64,000 bases of DNA, from NCBI GenBank assembly GCA_035416785.1, contig DAOLNX010000002.1, forward strand, positions 867-64,866, given 5' to 3'. The first letter of the stretch is position 1, and each line of letters opens with the position of its first letter. A program made the translations under genes and the position numbers. Below the pieces are notes generated by a model that saw only the letters and a program-made list of their open reading frames with translations, made no database searches and was not told where the DNA came from. Shown here one piece after another: positions 9,566 to 18,392 of the stretch. This DNA comes from Smithellaceae bacterium. GTDB taxonomy: Bacteria; Desulfobacterota; Syntrophia; Syntrophales; Smithellaceae.

Positions 9566-9610
9566 CCGCAGAGCATTCTTTAGTAAATAAAAAGAGCGCT
9601 GCGGTTTTTT
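9566..9610 (+). terminator. Putative rho-independent terminator after the pepA-ABC-hydrolase unit
   Basis: CCGCAG(AGC)…(GCG)CTGCGG followed by TTTTTT (9605-9610). The loop is long (about 24 nt), so confidence is moderate. Confidence 0.45.
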
Positions 9611-9611
9611 A

Positions 9612-9638
9612 GTTTCCGGCAGTTACCACTGCGGAAAC
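9612..9638 (+). promoter_or_regulatory. Stem-loop in the cold-shock gene 5' leader
   Basis: GTTTCCG(G)CAGT-TACC-ACTGCGGAAAC forms an 11-bp stem with one bulge. It ends about 10 nt before the AAGGGGGA Shine-Dalgarno sequence. Confidence 0.5.
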
Positions 9639-9665
9639 AAAATTTTGAAAGGGGGATTTTTAATT

Positions 9666-9866
9666 TTGGCAGAAGGAAAAGTGAAGTGGTTTAATGAGAA
9701 GAAGGGGTTTGGTTTTATTGAAAACGATGAGGGCGGAGATGTTTTTGTTCATTACAGTGCTATCTCCGGAACCGGATTCAAAACTCTTTACGAGGGTCAG
9801 AGAATTCGTTTCGATATTGAACAGGGCAACAAAGGTCCCAGCGCAGCGAATGTTCAACCGTTATAA
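9666..9866 (+). CDS. Cold-shock protein (CspA family)
   Basis: (L/M)[17 protein letters not shown]…DVFVHYSAI contains the RNP1/RNP2 motifs. The TTG start at 9666 gives the canonical 66 aa; the track ORF opens at TTG 9645. Confidence 0.9.
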   Translation: MAEGKVKWFNEKKGFGFIENDEGGDVFVHYSAISGTGFKTLYEGQRIRFDIEQGNKGPSAANVQPL

Positions 9867-9895
9867 TCATTCCAGGTAGTCAACGATCAACAAAT

Positions 9896-9920
9896 GCCCC
9901 GTTTTCGGGGCATTTTTTTT
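9896..9920 (+). terminator. Rho-independent terminator of the csp gene
   Basis: GCCCCG-TTTT-CGGGGC followed by A-TTTTTTTT. Confidence 0.85.
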
Positions 9921-9929
9921 GGATCGGTT

Positions 9930-10841
9930 ATGAAAACAAATCTCATTGTAATTTTGGGGCCGACAGCGTCCGGCAAAACATCCCTTGCGGTAAAACTGGC
10001 CTCCGGGTTTGGCGGAGAAATCATATCGGCGGATTCGCGCCAGGTGTATCGGGGAATGGATATCGGCACGGGCAAGGATTTATCTGAGTATTGCATAAAC
10101 GGCAAAATGGTTCGCCATCATTTAATTGATATAGCCGAGCCATCCCAGGAATTTAATGTGTTTGAATTTCAAAAACGATTTTACAGTATATTCAAGGACT
10201 TGACTGAAAAGAAAAAAGTCCCGATTCTGGTGGGTGGTACGGGGCTTTATCTGGAGTCTGTCCTTTCGGATTATATCTTTCCGGAAGCCCTGCCGGATGA
10301 CGTTTTTCGTAGGGAAACCGCATCAAAACCACTGGAGGAGCTGCAGAATATTCTTTTGGCGATGAAGCCTGATCTGCATAATAAAACCGATCTGGAAGAC
10401 AGAGAGAGGCTGATGCGAAAAATCGAGATTGAAAAAGCGAGGCGCTCTGTGGATGGAGAACGGATACAAAAAACTGCCGTAAAAGCCGGAGTTTTCGGTG
10501 TTCTCTGGGACAGGTCTGTTTTGAGGCGCAGAATTGCGGAAAGGCTGAAAAAGCGATTGAATAACGGAATGATTGAAGAAGTTTCCCGATTGCACGAAGA
10601 AGGCTTGTCGTGGGATCGGTTGGACAGTTTCGGCTTGGAATATCGCTATATTGCCCGATTTCTTCAAAATCAAATGACGAAGGAGCAGATGGCCGAAAAA
10701 CTGCAAATAGCCATTGGGCAATTTGCCAAGAGGCAGATGACCTGGTTTCGCCGAATGGAAAAAAAAGGCGTGGCGATTGAATGGATTTGCGGAGATGATC
10801 ATGCTTATTTTCACCGACGGGTATCTGATCTTCTGTCATGA
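9930..10841 (+). CDS. miaA: tRNA dimethylallyltransferase
   Basis: MKTNLIVILGPTASGKTSLAV… (P-loop), SADSRQVYRGMDIGTGK and QMTWFRR. The ATG at 9930 avoids the terminator that the track ORF (9894) overlaps. Confidence 0.9.
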   Translation: MKTNLIVILGPTASGKTSLAVKLASGFGGEIISADSRQVYRGMDIGTGKDLSEYCINGKMVRHHLIDIAEPSQEFNVFEFQKRFYSIFKDLTEKKKVPILVGGTGLYLESVLSDYIFPEALPDDVFRRETASKPLEELQNILLAMKPDLHNKTDLEDRERLMRKIEIEKARRSVDGERIQKTAVKAGVFGVLWDRSVLRRRIAERLKKRLNNGMIEEVSRLHEEGLSWDRLDSFGLEYRYIARFLQNQMTKEQMAEKLQIAIGQFAKRQMTWFRRMEKKGVAIEWICGDDHAYFHRRVSDLLS

Positions 10842-12307
10842 AGAAAGATCGCCTTCTTAACAAATATCTGGAGAGCGCTACGGCAGGCGCAATCTGGTCG
10901 CTCTATTCGGAAGGTCTTGATGATATTGAGCAAGTGGTTGTCGTTCCGGCTTATGCGGAACAGGAGATGATCTTTCGAACGCTGGCATCTCTTGCTGCAA
11001 ATCCGGAACCGTCTTTAAGGCGGACTTTAATTTTGTGTGTTATCAATAACAAGATGGACGCGCCGGCTGCAGATAAGGAAAATAATGCGCAAACACTTGA
11101 ACTGCTAAAATGTCTGATCCAACGGAAGTCCTTGCGAAATTTGAATCTTACTGATGTCCAGAACCGAAACAATCTGCAAAGCATTGCCGATCGTCCGGTT
11201 CGTCTGGGCCTGGTGGATGCCGCTTCTTCCGGGTTTGAAATCCCCTCTGGTGTTGGCGGAGTTGGAATGGCCCGCAAAATCGGCATGGATATGGCTTTAC
11301 AGCTGCTGATGGCTTCTCCGGTCGCGCCGCGGCTTATTTTGAGTCTGGATGCGGACACGCTGGTTCGTCCCGATTATTTGACGGCAGTCCGCCGTGCTTT
11401 TTCTTCCTCCAGGGCGATGACGGGCGTTATCGCTTATGAACATGTTTTGCCTGAAGAGGCGATGGAGCGGGCGGCCATCTGTCGGTATGAAATATTTCTG
11501 CGCTTTTGGGTTCATGGACTTCAATATGCTTGCTCACCCTATGCCTTTCACACCATTGGTTCTGCCTTGGCGACAACGGCGGAAAGCTATCTTGCCGTGC
11601 GCGGCATGAACCGACGTGCAGCGGGAGAGGATTTCTATTTTTTGAACAAGCTGGCAAAAATCGGTCCTGTTCATCAGATTGTGCAGACCGTGGTTTATCC
11701 TTCTTCCCGTGTGTCCGGAAGGGTTCCTTTTGGCACGGGAGCCGCGATGGGAAAAATTCTTGCCGGTCAGGGGGGAGAGCCTCCTTTTTATGATCCGCGA
11801 GTATTTATCATTTTAAAACAATGGCTTGCCCTGATGGCGCGATCCTTCGGCAGCACCCAAACGGAAATTCAGACACAGGCGAGAGCCATCCATCCGGAAC
11901 TGGCCTCGTTTTTAAACCGCCGCGGCTTTTTTCATGTCTGGCCAAAAATCCGCGCCAATGTGAAGGATGAGAAGACTTGGAACCGGCAATTTCATTACTG
12001 GTTTGATGGATTCGAGACCTTGAAAATGGTGAATGATCTGACTGGATCTGTATATCCTCGTGTGAGATTGGCGAAAGCGCTTCCGGAGATGATGGCGTTG
12101 GATGTGCTTGAGGGGAGAGACCAGAGGCCGGAGGGAACAGGCACGATGAATCGGTCTGAAGCACTTTCGGACGGTGAAGACTTTGGCGGATTGGCCGCTG
12201 CAAACGAGGTGGATGCGGAAGAGCTTTTAAGGGTTCTGAAGGATTGGCGAAAGAAGGCGGTAGCATCTGCAGGCAGGGAAAATTCGCATAATCTTTCCTT
12301 GACTTGA
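10838..12307 (+). CDS. GT-A-fold glycosyltransferase-like protein of unknown specificity
   Basis: 489 aa with VVVVPAYAEQE…, LSLDADTLV (DxD), GEDFYFLNKL and RVPFGTG. An ATGA overlap links it to the miaA stop. Confidence 0.55.
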   Translation: MKKDRLLNKYLESATAGAIWSLYSEGLDDIEQVVVVPAYAEQEMIFRTLASLAANPEPSLRRTLILCVINNKMDAPAADKENNAQTLELLKCLIQRKSLRNLNLTDVQNRNNLQSIADRPVRLGLVDAASSGFEIPSGVGGVGMARKIGMDMALQLLMASPVAPRLILSLDADTLVRPDYLTAVRRAFSSSRAMTGVIAYEHVLPEEAMERAAICRYEIFLRFWVHGLQYACSPYAFHTIGSALATTAESYLAVRGMNRRAAGEDFYFLNKLAKIGPVHQIVQTVVYPSSRVSGRVPFGTGAAMGKILAGQGGEPPFYDPRVFIILKQWLALMARSFGSTQTEIQTQARAIHPELASFLNRRGFFHVWPKIRANVKDEKTWNRQFHYWFDGFETLKMVNDLTGSVYPRVRLAKALPEMMALDVLEGRDQRPEGTGTMNRSEALSDGEDFGGLAAANEVDAEELLRVLKDWRKKAVASAGRENSHNLSLT

Positions 12308-12368
12308 TCAGCGTATTTCGCATATAGCGCAGTTCATTTTCCTGATTCGTGACTTTTGGAGGAGCTCC

Positions 12369-13457
12369 ATGAAAAAAAAATTCTTAAAACATGCTCTTAT
12401 TGTATTACTCGTGATGGTGTTGGCCGTCACAACGGGTTGTGGCAAAAAGGAAAAAGAGGAGGCGGCTCAGCCTTCAGCACCGACCGCGCAAGATAAGCAA
12501 GCCGGGCCGGAGACTTCGCCTGGCATGGAAAAGCCGGTCATTGCACCTGATTGGCCAGGCGCTCAGCCGGAGGCGCCCAAAGATGCAGCGGTGAGTGTGG
12601 ATGGAATTGTCCTGAAAAAGAGCGATCTGGACAGGCAGGTGCAGGCCAAAATGAAATTGTTCAAAGACAGAATTCCTGCCGATAAAAAAAAGGAAGCTCA
12701 GATCGGTATTCGAAGGCAGTTGAAAGAAGAGTTTGTGATGCGTACGCTCCTGACCCGGGAAATCGAAAATAAGAAAATTGTAGCGACAAAACAGGAAGTC
12801 GAAGCGGAGATGAATCAGATTCGCGCCAGCTTGCCGCCTGATAAGAAGGTGGAGGATTTTTTAAGAGATAATCAGATTTCCCGCCAGGATATCACATTGG
12901 GAGTGAAAATCCGAAAGCTGGTTGAAAAGGAAGCCGAAGGTCAGGCGAAACCCACCGCGAAGGAAATTTCGAAATTTTATAATGAAAATAAGGACAAGTT
13001 TACCTCTCCGGAATCCGCCCATGTTCGACACATCCTGGTAACGATTGATCCGAAAGACGATGAAAAGGTCAAAGCGGAAAAGAAAGCCAAAATAGAGGGG
13101 CTGCGCAAACAGTTGATCGAGGGCGCGGACTTTGCCGGAATCGCCAAAAATTATTCCGACTGTCCCAGCAAGGAAAACGGCGGCGATCTGGGAGAAATTA
13201 AAAAAGGCCAGACGGTCAAACCTTTTGAGGAAGCCGCTTTCTCGCAGGAACTCAAGGTCATCGGTCCGGTTGTGACCACGGAATACGGTTACCATATTGT
13301 ACAAGTTCTGGAAAGAAAACCGGGCAGCGCCGTTAAACTGGAAGAGGTGAAAGGACAAATTGCCAAGTATCTTGAACAGCAGAAACAGGCGGAAGTCTTT
13401 GCCAAAATGGCGGCAAGGTTAAAGAAAGGCTCGGCCATTATCGATTACGAGCGCTGA
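12369..13457 (+). CDS. Parvulin-type peptidyl-prolyl cis-trans isomerase lipoprotein (PrsA/SurA-like)
   Basis: Lipobox LAVTTGC. The parvulin core is HILV…FAGIAKNYSDCPSKENGGDLGEIKKGQTVKPFEEAAF…GYHIVQV. Confidence 0.85.
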   Translation: MKKKFLKHALIVLLVMVLAVTTGCGKKEKEEAAQPSAPTAQDKQAGPETSPGMEKPVIAPDWPGAQPEAPKDAAVSVDGIVLKKSDLDRQVQAKMKLFKDRIPADKKKEAQIGIRRQLKEEFVMRTLLTREIENKKIVATKQEVEAEMNQIRASLPPDKKVEDFLRDNQISRQDITLGVKIRKLVEKEAEGQAKPTAKEISKFYNENKDKFTSPESAHVRHILVTIDPKDDEKVKAEKKAKIEGLRKQLIEGADFAGIAKNYSDCPSKENGGDLGEIKKGQTVKPFEEAAFSQELKVIGPVVTTEYGYHIVQVLERKPGSAVKLEEVKGQIAKYLEQQKQAEVFAKMAARLKKGSAIIDYER

Positions 13458-14350
13458 TGAGATTACGAAATCCCGGCAGGATTGGTGACGGTCTGTGGCT
13501 TTTGGGCTCTCCTGAATCCTGCGTCTATCTGGTGCAAGGTTCTCAATCGTCGGCTCTGATCAGCGCCGGGTTAAGTTACATTCTGCCCGATTTGCTTTTT
13601 CAGCTGTCTTTAGCGGAAATCTCTGAAAAGCAGATTGATTCCATCATTATTTTGCACGCTCATTTCGATCATATCGGTATCGTTCCTTTTTTAAAAAGAC
13701 AATGGCCGCATGTCAACCTATACGCTTCTTCGCGTGGATGGCAAATTTTAAGCAATCCCAAGGCTATTTCCGTGAACAACGATTTTACAAGGCAAGTGTG
13801 CTGCAGAATGAGGGGCGGCGAAGAAGTTTTGGCCGGGTGGGATTGGTCGTGGCGCGATGACGTGAGCGGAATTTCGCTGCAACAAGGAAGCTGCCTGGAT
13901 CTAGGCGACAGGCAGATTCAGGTGATAGAAACGCCGGGTCATTCTTCATGCTCGATTTCCGTCTATATCCCGCAGATTCAGGCGTTATTTCCATCGGATG
14001 CAGCGGCCATTCCCTATCGGGACGAATATTTGGTTGCAGCCGGATCAAGCTTTGCGGATTATTTCCGAAGCCTGGATAAACTGTCCATGTTGGATGTGAA
14101 AATGATTTGTGCTGATCATTTTGGCGTGATAACGGGAGAGGAAGCGCAGCAGTATGTATCGCAAAGCAAATCCGCCGCGCAGCAGATGACAGATCACCTG
14201 CGCCTGGCGCTGCAAACCGAGGGAAGCCCCAAACGGGCGGCAAAGAGGATGGTAAAGCTTCATTTTGAGCAAAGACCGGATTACTTTATCACGCCTGAAA
14301 TTCTGCTCTACACCTATGAGCGAATGATGAAGCAGTTTGCCTCCGAATGA
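13457..14350 (+). CDS. MBL-fold metallo-hydrolase
   Basis: ILHAHFDHIG (HxHxDH) and ETPGHS. The start overlaps the preceding stop (TGATG). Confidence 0.75.
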   Translation: MRLRNPGRIGDGLWLLGSPESCVYLVQGSQSSALISAGLSYILPDLLFQLSLAEISEKQIDSIIILHAHFDHIGIVPFLKRQWPHVNLYASSRGWQILSNPKAISVNNDFTRQVCCRMRGGEEVLAGWDWSWRDDVSGISLQQGSCLDLGDRQIQVIETPGHSSCSISVYIPQIQALFPSDAAAIPYRDEYLVAAGSSFADYFRSLDKLSMLDVKMICADHFGVITGEEAQQYVSQSKSAAQQMTDHLRLALQTEGSPKRAAKRMVKLHFEQRPDYFITPEILLYTYERMMKQFASE

Positions 14351-14352
14351 AT

Positions 14353-15171
14353 TTATTTAAAACTGTGTTCCGTGTCGGGAAAGGCGCCCGATTTCACGTC
14401 TTCTATGTAGCGCAGGATGGCGCTACGGATTTCCTGATTCAGGTGGGCGTATTTTTTGACGAACTTCGGTGTCATCCGGTCATTCATGCCCAGCATGTCG
14501 TTAACCACTAAAACCTGCCCGTCGCAAGAGACGCCGGCGCCGATACCGATGGTGGGAATGGAAATCGTTCGGGTAATTTCCGCTGCGAGCTTTTCGGGAA
14601 CGCATTCCAGAACCAATGCAAAAGCGCCCGCCTCTTCCATGATGACGGCATCCTGAATCATTTTATCGGCCGCTTCTTCCTTTTTGCCCTGAACTTTGTA
14701 GCCGCCCAGCTGATGGATGGATTGAGGCGTCAGGCCCAGATGCGCCATGACGGGAACGCCTGCCCTTGTCAATTTTTCAACTGTATCCGCATATTCACGT
14801 CCACCTTCCAGCTTAATTGCCTGGGCGTCTGCTTCCTTGAGAAACCGTCCGGCATTGGCCAGTGCCGCTTCCGGCGATACCTGGTAGGATAGAAAAGGCA
14901 AGTCCGCGACGACCATGGCTTTTCGTGTACCGCGGGCGACGGCTTGCGTGTGGTGCAGCATATCTTCCATTGTAACCGGAAGAGTGGTGTCGTAGCCCAG
15001 AACAACGTTGCCCAGCGAATCACCGACCAGGATGATATCGATATTGCTTTCATCCAAGAGGCAAGCCATCCCAAAATCATATGCTGTCAGCATGGCGATT
15101 TTCTCGCCCGAGGTTTTCATTTTTTTGATGTCCAGAAGAGTTTTCCGGTTGATTTTCGTTTGTGTGCTCAT
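14353..15171 (-). CDS. panB: 3-methyl-2-oxobutanoate hydroxymethyltransferase
   Basis: MLTAYD…ILVGDSLGNVVLGY…KLEGG…GHLGLTPQS. A strong AAGGAG lies 7 nt upstream of the ATG at 15171. Confidence 0.92.
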   Translation of the reverse strand: MSTQTKINRKTLLDIKKMKTSGEKIAMLTAYDFGMACLLDESNIDIILVGDSLGNVVLGYDTTLPVTMEDMLHHTQAVARGTRKAMVVADLPFLSYQVSPEAALANAGRFLKEADAQAIKLEGGREYADTVEKLTRAGVPVMAHLGLTPQSIHQLGGYKVQGKKEEAADKMIQDAVIMEEAGAFALVLECVPEKLAAEITRTISIPTIGIGAGVSCDGQVLVVNDMLGMNDRMTPKFVKKYAHLNQEIRSAILRYIEDVKSGAFPDTEHSFK

Positions 15172-16054
15172 TTTTTGCTCCTTTCAGAAGCTTTTGAATA
15201 AAGTTGGCCTGTTCGGTGTTTAAAGCGCCTTTCCGGCGAGCCAAATTCACGGCGATGAATCCCATATTTGTATACAGAGGTGAGAGATCAGGATGATGGC
15301 TAGCCATGGCTTTGATGTGTTTTTGAATCGTTCCTGCATCGCCGCGTGCAATCGGACCCGTTAGGGCTTTTTCGCAGCCCTGGTTTTTTATGTTGGCCAG
15401 GCTTCCATACACTAAAGGTAGATAGGCTTTGCGGGCGTCTTTGTCCGAAAAGCCGATAGACCGGTAAATGGATTCGACCACGCTCATTAAGGAGACCAGG
15501 TAATTTGAGGCAATACAGGCAGCCGCGTGATATAGAGGTTTCTGTTCCGGCGTGATTTCCATCGGGATGCCGCCCAGATCGCGGACTAGAGACGATGCGA
15601 ATTTTTTTGCACCTTTGGCGGCCGTGACGCCGAAATAGCTGCCGGGAATGCTTGCGATGGCGCCTTCGATGGATGAAAAACTCTGCAGGGGATGAATGCT
15701 GGCCACTTGTCCGCCGGCCCGGACCGCATGATCCAGAAGGTCCAGGCCGCCCGCGCCGCTCATGTGCAGCACTTTCTTTCCCTGAAGGGATGCATGGGTG
15801 GCGATTTCCGCGCAGACGGTTCGAATACGGTCATCAGGGGTGGTAATCAGAAGGCAGTCGGCCTTTTCCGCCGCCTGTACGGGTTTGTGAAAACCTGGCG
15901 CTCCTGTATATTTTTGGGCTCTTTTTAAATGAGCCTGCGACACATCGACAAAAGAGACGATATGATGGCCGGCTTTTTTCAGTAGAAAACCGATGGCCGT
16001 GCCGACCATTCCAGCGCCGATGACGGAAAACTTCTGTGGTTTTCTTGTTTTCAT
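15077..16054 (-). CDS. Rossmann-fold NAD(P)-binding protein with a DUF2520 C-terminal domain (candidate ketopantoate reductase)
   Basis: FSVIGAGMVGTAIG (GxGxxG) … TGPIARGD. The 3' end overlaps panB by 95 nt. Confidence 0.65.
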   Translation of the reverse strand: MKTRKPQKFSVIGAGMVGTAIGFLLKKAGHHIVSFVDVSQAHLKRAQKYTGAPGFHKPVQAAEKADCLLITTPDDRIRTVCAEIATHASLQGKKVLHMSGAGGLDLLDHAVRAGGQVASIHPLQSFSSIEGAIASIPGSYFGVTAAKGAKKFASSLVRDLGGIPMEITPEQKPLYHAAACIASNYLVSLMSVVESIYRSIGFSDKDARKAYLPLVYGSLANIKNQGCEKALTGPIARGDAGTIQKHIKAMASHHPDLSPLYTNMGFIAVNLARRKGALNTEQANFIQKLLKGAKNEHTNENQPENSSGHQKNENLGRENRHADSI

Positions 16055-16276
16055 TGCTTATGGTTTGTCCCAAAAAAAAAGCCTTCCCCATGATACGGAA
16101 GACTTGTTGAAAAGAGATTGACCAACTACCGTCTCAGTCTGCACAAGTGATCCAAGCGGTCGAAGATTTCGTAACATACCCGCAGGCGCCCGTCAAATGA
16201 TATTTCCGAATATTTTTTGGGGAAAGCGCCTTGTATTTGCGGAATCTCTCGGTTATACAGCGCCAGGGAGAAGAAC

Positions 16277-16921
16277 ATGAAAAAAGTGGATTTACTGCTG
16301 TTTGATTTCGACGGCACGATTGCTGATACAGGGGCGGATCTGGTTTCTTCCGTGAATTCCACCTTGATGTCCATGAATCTGCCAGCCAGAACATGTCCGG
16401 AAATTATCAGCTTTGTCGGCGATGGTGTGAGAAAACTGATGGAAAGAGCTCTGGGAGAAAGGCACAGAGAGCGCCTGGATGAGGCGCTGGACATTTTTAG
16501 CGTGCATTATGAAAAGCACATGCTGGATCAAACCGTGCTTTATCCCCATGTCGAGGATGTGCTGCAACATTTCAGCGCCAAGGTTAAAGTAATTCTGACC
16601 AACAAGCGCCATTGCTTTGCTTGGAGCATGGCTCGTTCGCTTGGCATAGACCGGTATTTTTTGGAGATTGTCGGTGCCGATTCCACACCGTATCAGAAGC
16701 CGGACAGACGCGCTGCAGAATGTGTCCTGGAAAAATACCATGTCTTGCCTCAAAAGGCCGTGATGATTGGCGACGGCATCAATGACATTGCCGTGGCCCG
16801 AAACGCAGGCATTTTGTCCCTGGCGTATCTGAATGGCCTGGGGGATCGGGAAACACTTTTACAGATGAATGCTGATTTTTATTGCGAAGATCTGTTGGAA
16901 ATGAAGGTGTTGTTTGAGTGA
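16277..16921 (+). CDS. HAD-superfamily hydrolase (phosphoglycolate phosphatase-like)
   Basis: MKKVDLLLFDFDGTIADT (DxDGT), TNK and GDGINDI. I chose the ATG at 16277; the track opens at 16217. Confidence 0.75.
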   Translation: MKKVDLLLFDFDGTIADTGADLVSSVNSTLMSMNLPARTCPEIISFVGDGVRKLMERALGERHRERLDEALDIFSVHYEKHMLDQTVLYPHVEDVLQHFSAKVKVILTNKRHCFAWSMARSLGIDRYFLEIVGADSTPYQKPDRRAAECVLEKYHVLPQKAVMIGDGINDIAVARNAGILSLAYLNGLGDRETLLQMNADFYCEDLLEMKVLFE

Positions 16922-18303
16922 TGATGATCAGAGAAATTGAACGGACGGTTCGGAAATACGCGCTGTTGAACCATGGCGAAACCGTTTTGATCGCTTTGTC
17001 CGGCGGAGCGGATTCCTGCGCTTTGCTCCTGGCGTTTTGGGAGCTTGCCCGTGGCTATGGCCTGAAATTGATCGTTGCCCATTTCAATCACCGATTACGC
17101 GGTGCGGAGTCTGATGAGGATGAAGCGTTTTGTCGCCGTCTGGCCGGACACTACGGGCTGGTATTTGTGACGGAATCCCTGCGTCATCCGTCTGTTCCCC
17201 GGGGAACATCGCCTGAAGACTATTTCAGACGGGAAAGATACCGTTTTCTGGACCGGGCGGCAGCGGATTATGCGGCGGACAAGATTGCTCTGGGCCATCA
17301 TCGAAATGATCAGGTGGAGACGGTTCTGATGAATTTTTTGCGTGGCAGCGGCCTGGACGGTCTTCGGGGAATTCTTCCGATGCGCCAAAATCGATATATC
17401 CGCCCGCTGATTGAAGTGTCTCGAGAGGAAATACTCTCTTTTCTCAAAGCGTCCGGCCAAAACTATCGGGAAGACGTTACCAACAACAGCAGGCTTTACC
17501 TTCGTAATCGTATACGCTCAGATCTGATTCCTTATCTGAAAGAAAAATATAATCCTGGCCTTGAAGAGAATCTGGCGCGCATGGCAGAGGTTATTCGCCG
17601 TGATGATGAATTTCTGGACAGTTGCGTCTCAGAAATTCTTCTGTCGCCCTTTATTCACAGAAATCATGGGGAGGTGTCGTTTTCCACGGATTTTTTTAAG
17701 ACGCTTCATGCCGCTTTGGGGTACCGTTTGCTCAAAACGCTTCTGGAGGGTCTGGCACCGGAGAAAAAGGGCTTTTCCTTTACGCATATCTCGCTTCTGG
17801 CCGGACTGGTGCTCGAAGGAGAAACAGGGAAAGCGCTTACGCTGCCTCATGGGCTTGGAGCGCGAAAAGAATATCATCGGATGGTCATTTTTACAGAATG
17901 TTCCCATAAAACAAAAGATTACGAATATGTGATTTCGGTGGGAAATACGGTGGAGATCCAGGAAAGAAAGATGATTCTGATGCTGAAGCGTGTTGCGGCG
18001 GATGAGGTTGATTTTCGTTGTGCCCACAGATTTTTTCTGGACGGTGATAAAGTGAAAGGAAGGCTGATCATTAGAAATCGTCGGCGCGGAGACTGGTTCC
18101 TTCCGCTCGGAGCCGAAGGATCGCAAAAAATAAAGAAACTGTTTATTGACCGCAAGATTCCCAGAGCGAAACGCGGCACTTTCATGCTTCTGGTCGATGA
18201 GGAGTCCGTTCTCTGGATTGAAAGACTTCATTTGAGTGAAAGAGTAAAAGTGACGCCCGAGACAAAAAACATTCTGATGCTGGAAATTGCGCCGGAGGAA
18301 TGA
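16918..18303 (+). CDS. tilS: tRNA(Ile)-lysidine synthetase
   Basis: LIALSGGADSCALL (PP-loop SGGxDS), GHHRNDQVET and a C-terminal TilS domain. The start is GTG 16918 or ATG 16921. Confidence 0.9.
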   Translation: MMMIREIERTVRKYALLNHGETVLIALSGGADSCALLLAFWELARGYGLKLIVAHFNHRLRGAESDEDEAFCRRLAGHYGLVFVTESLRHPSVPRGTSPEDYFRRERYRFLDRAAADYAADKIALGHHRNDQVETVLMNFLRGSGLDGLRGILPMRQNRYIRPLIEVSREEILSFLKASGQNYREDVTNNSRLYLRNRIRSDLIPYLKEKYNPGLEENLARMAEVIRRDDEFLDSCVSEILLSPFIHRNHGEVSFSTDFFKTLHAALGYRLLKTLLEGLAPEKKGFSFTHISLLAGLVLEGETGKALTLPHGLGARKEYHRMVIFTECSHKTKDYEYVISVGNTVEIQERKMILMLKRVAADEVDFRCAHRFFLDGDKVKGRLIIRNRRRGDWFLPLGAEGSQKIKKLFIDRKIPRAKRGTFMLLVDEESVLWIERLHLSERVKVTPETKNILMLEIAPEE

Positions 18304-18392
18304 GGCCTGAAAAAGCGTAAGAAAATATTTGAGTTAAAATGGATATTATTATAAAGGCTCGCAGAGGCATTTAATTTTAAAGGAGAAAGATA

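Noticed and set aside
10192-10863. 223-aa and 163-aa minus-strand ORFs over miaA.
   Set aside because: They are antisense to a well-supported miaA, with Ser/Pro/Arg-rich composition and no motifs.
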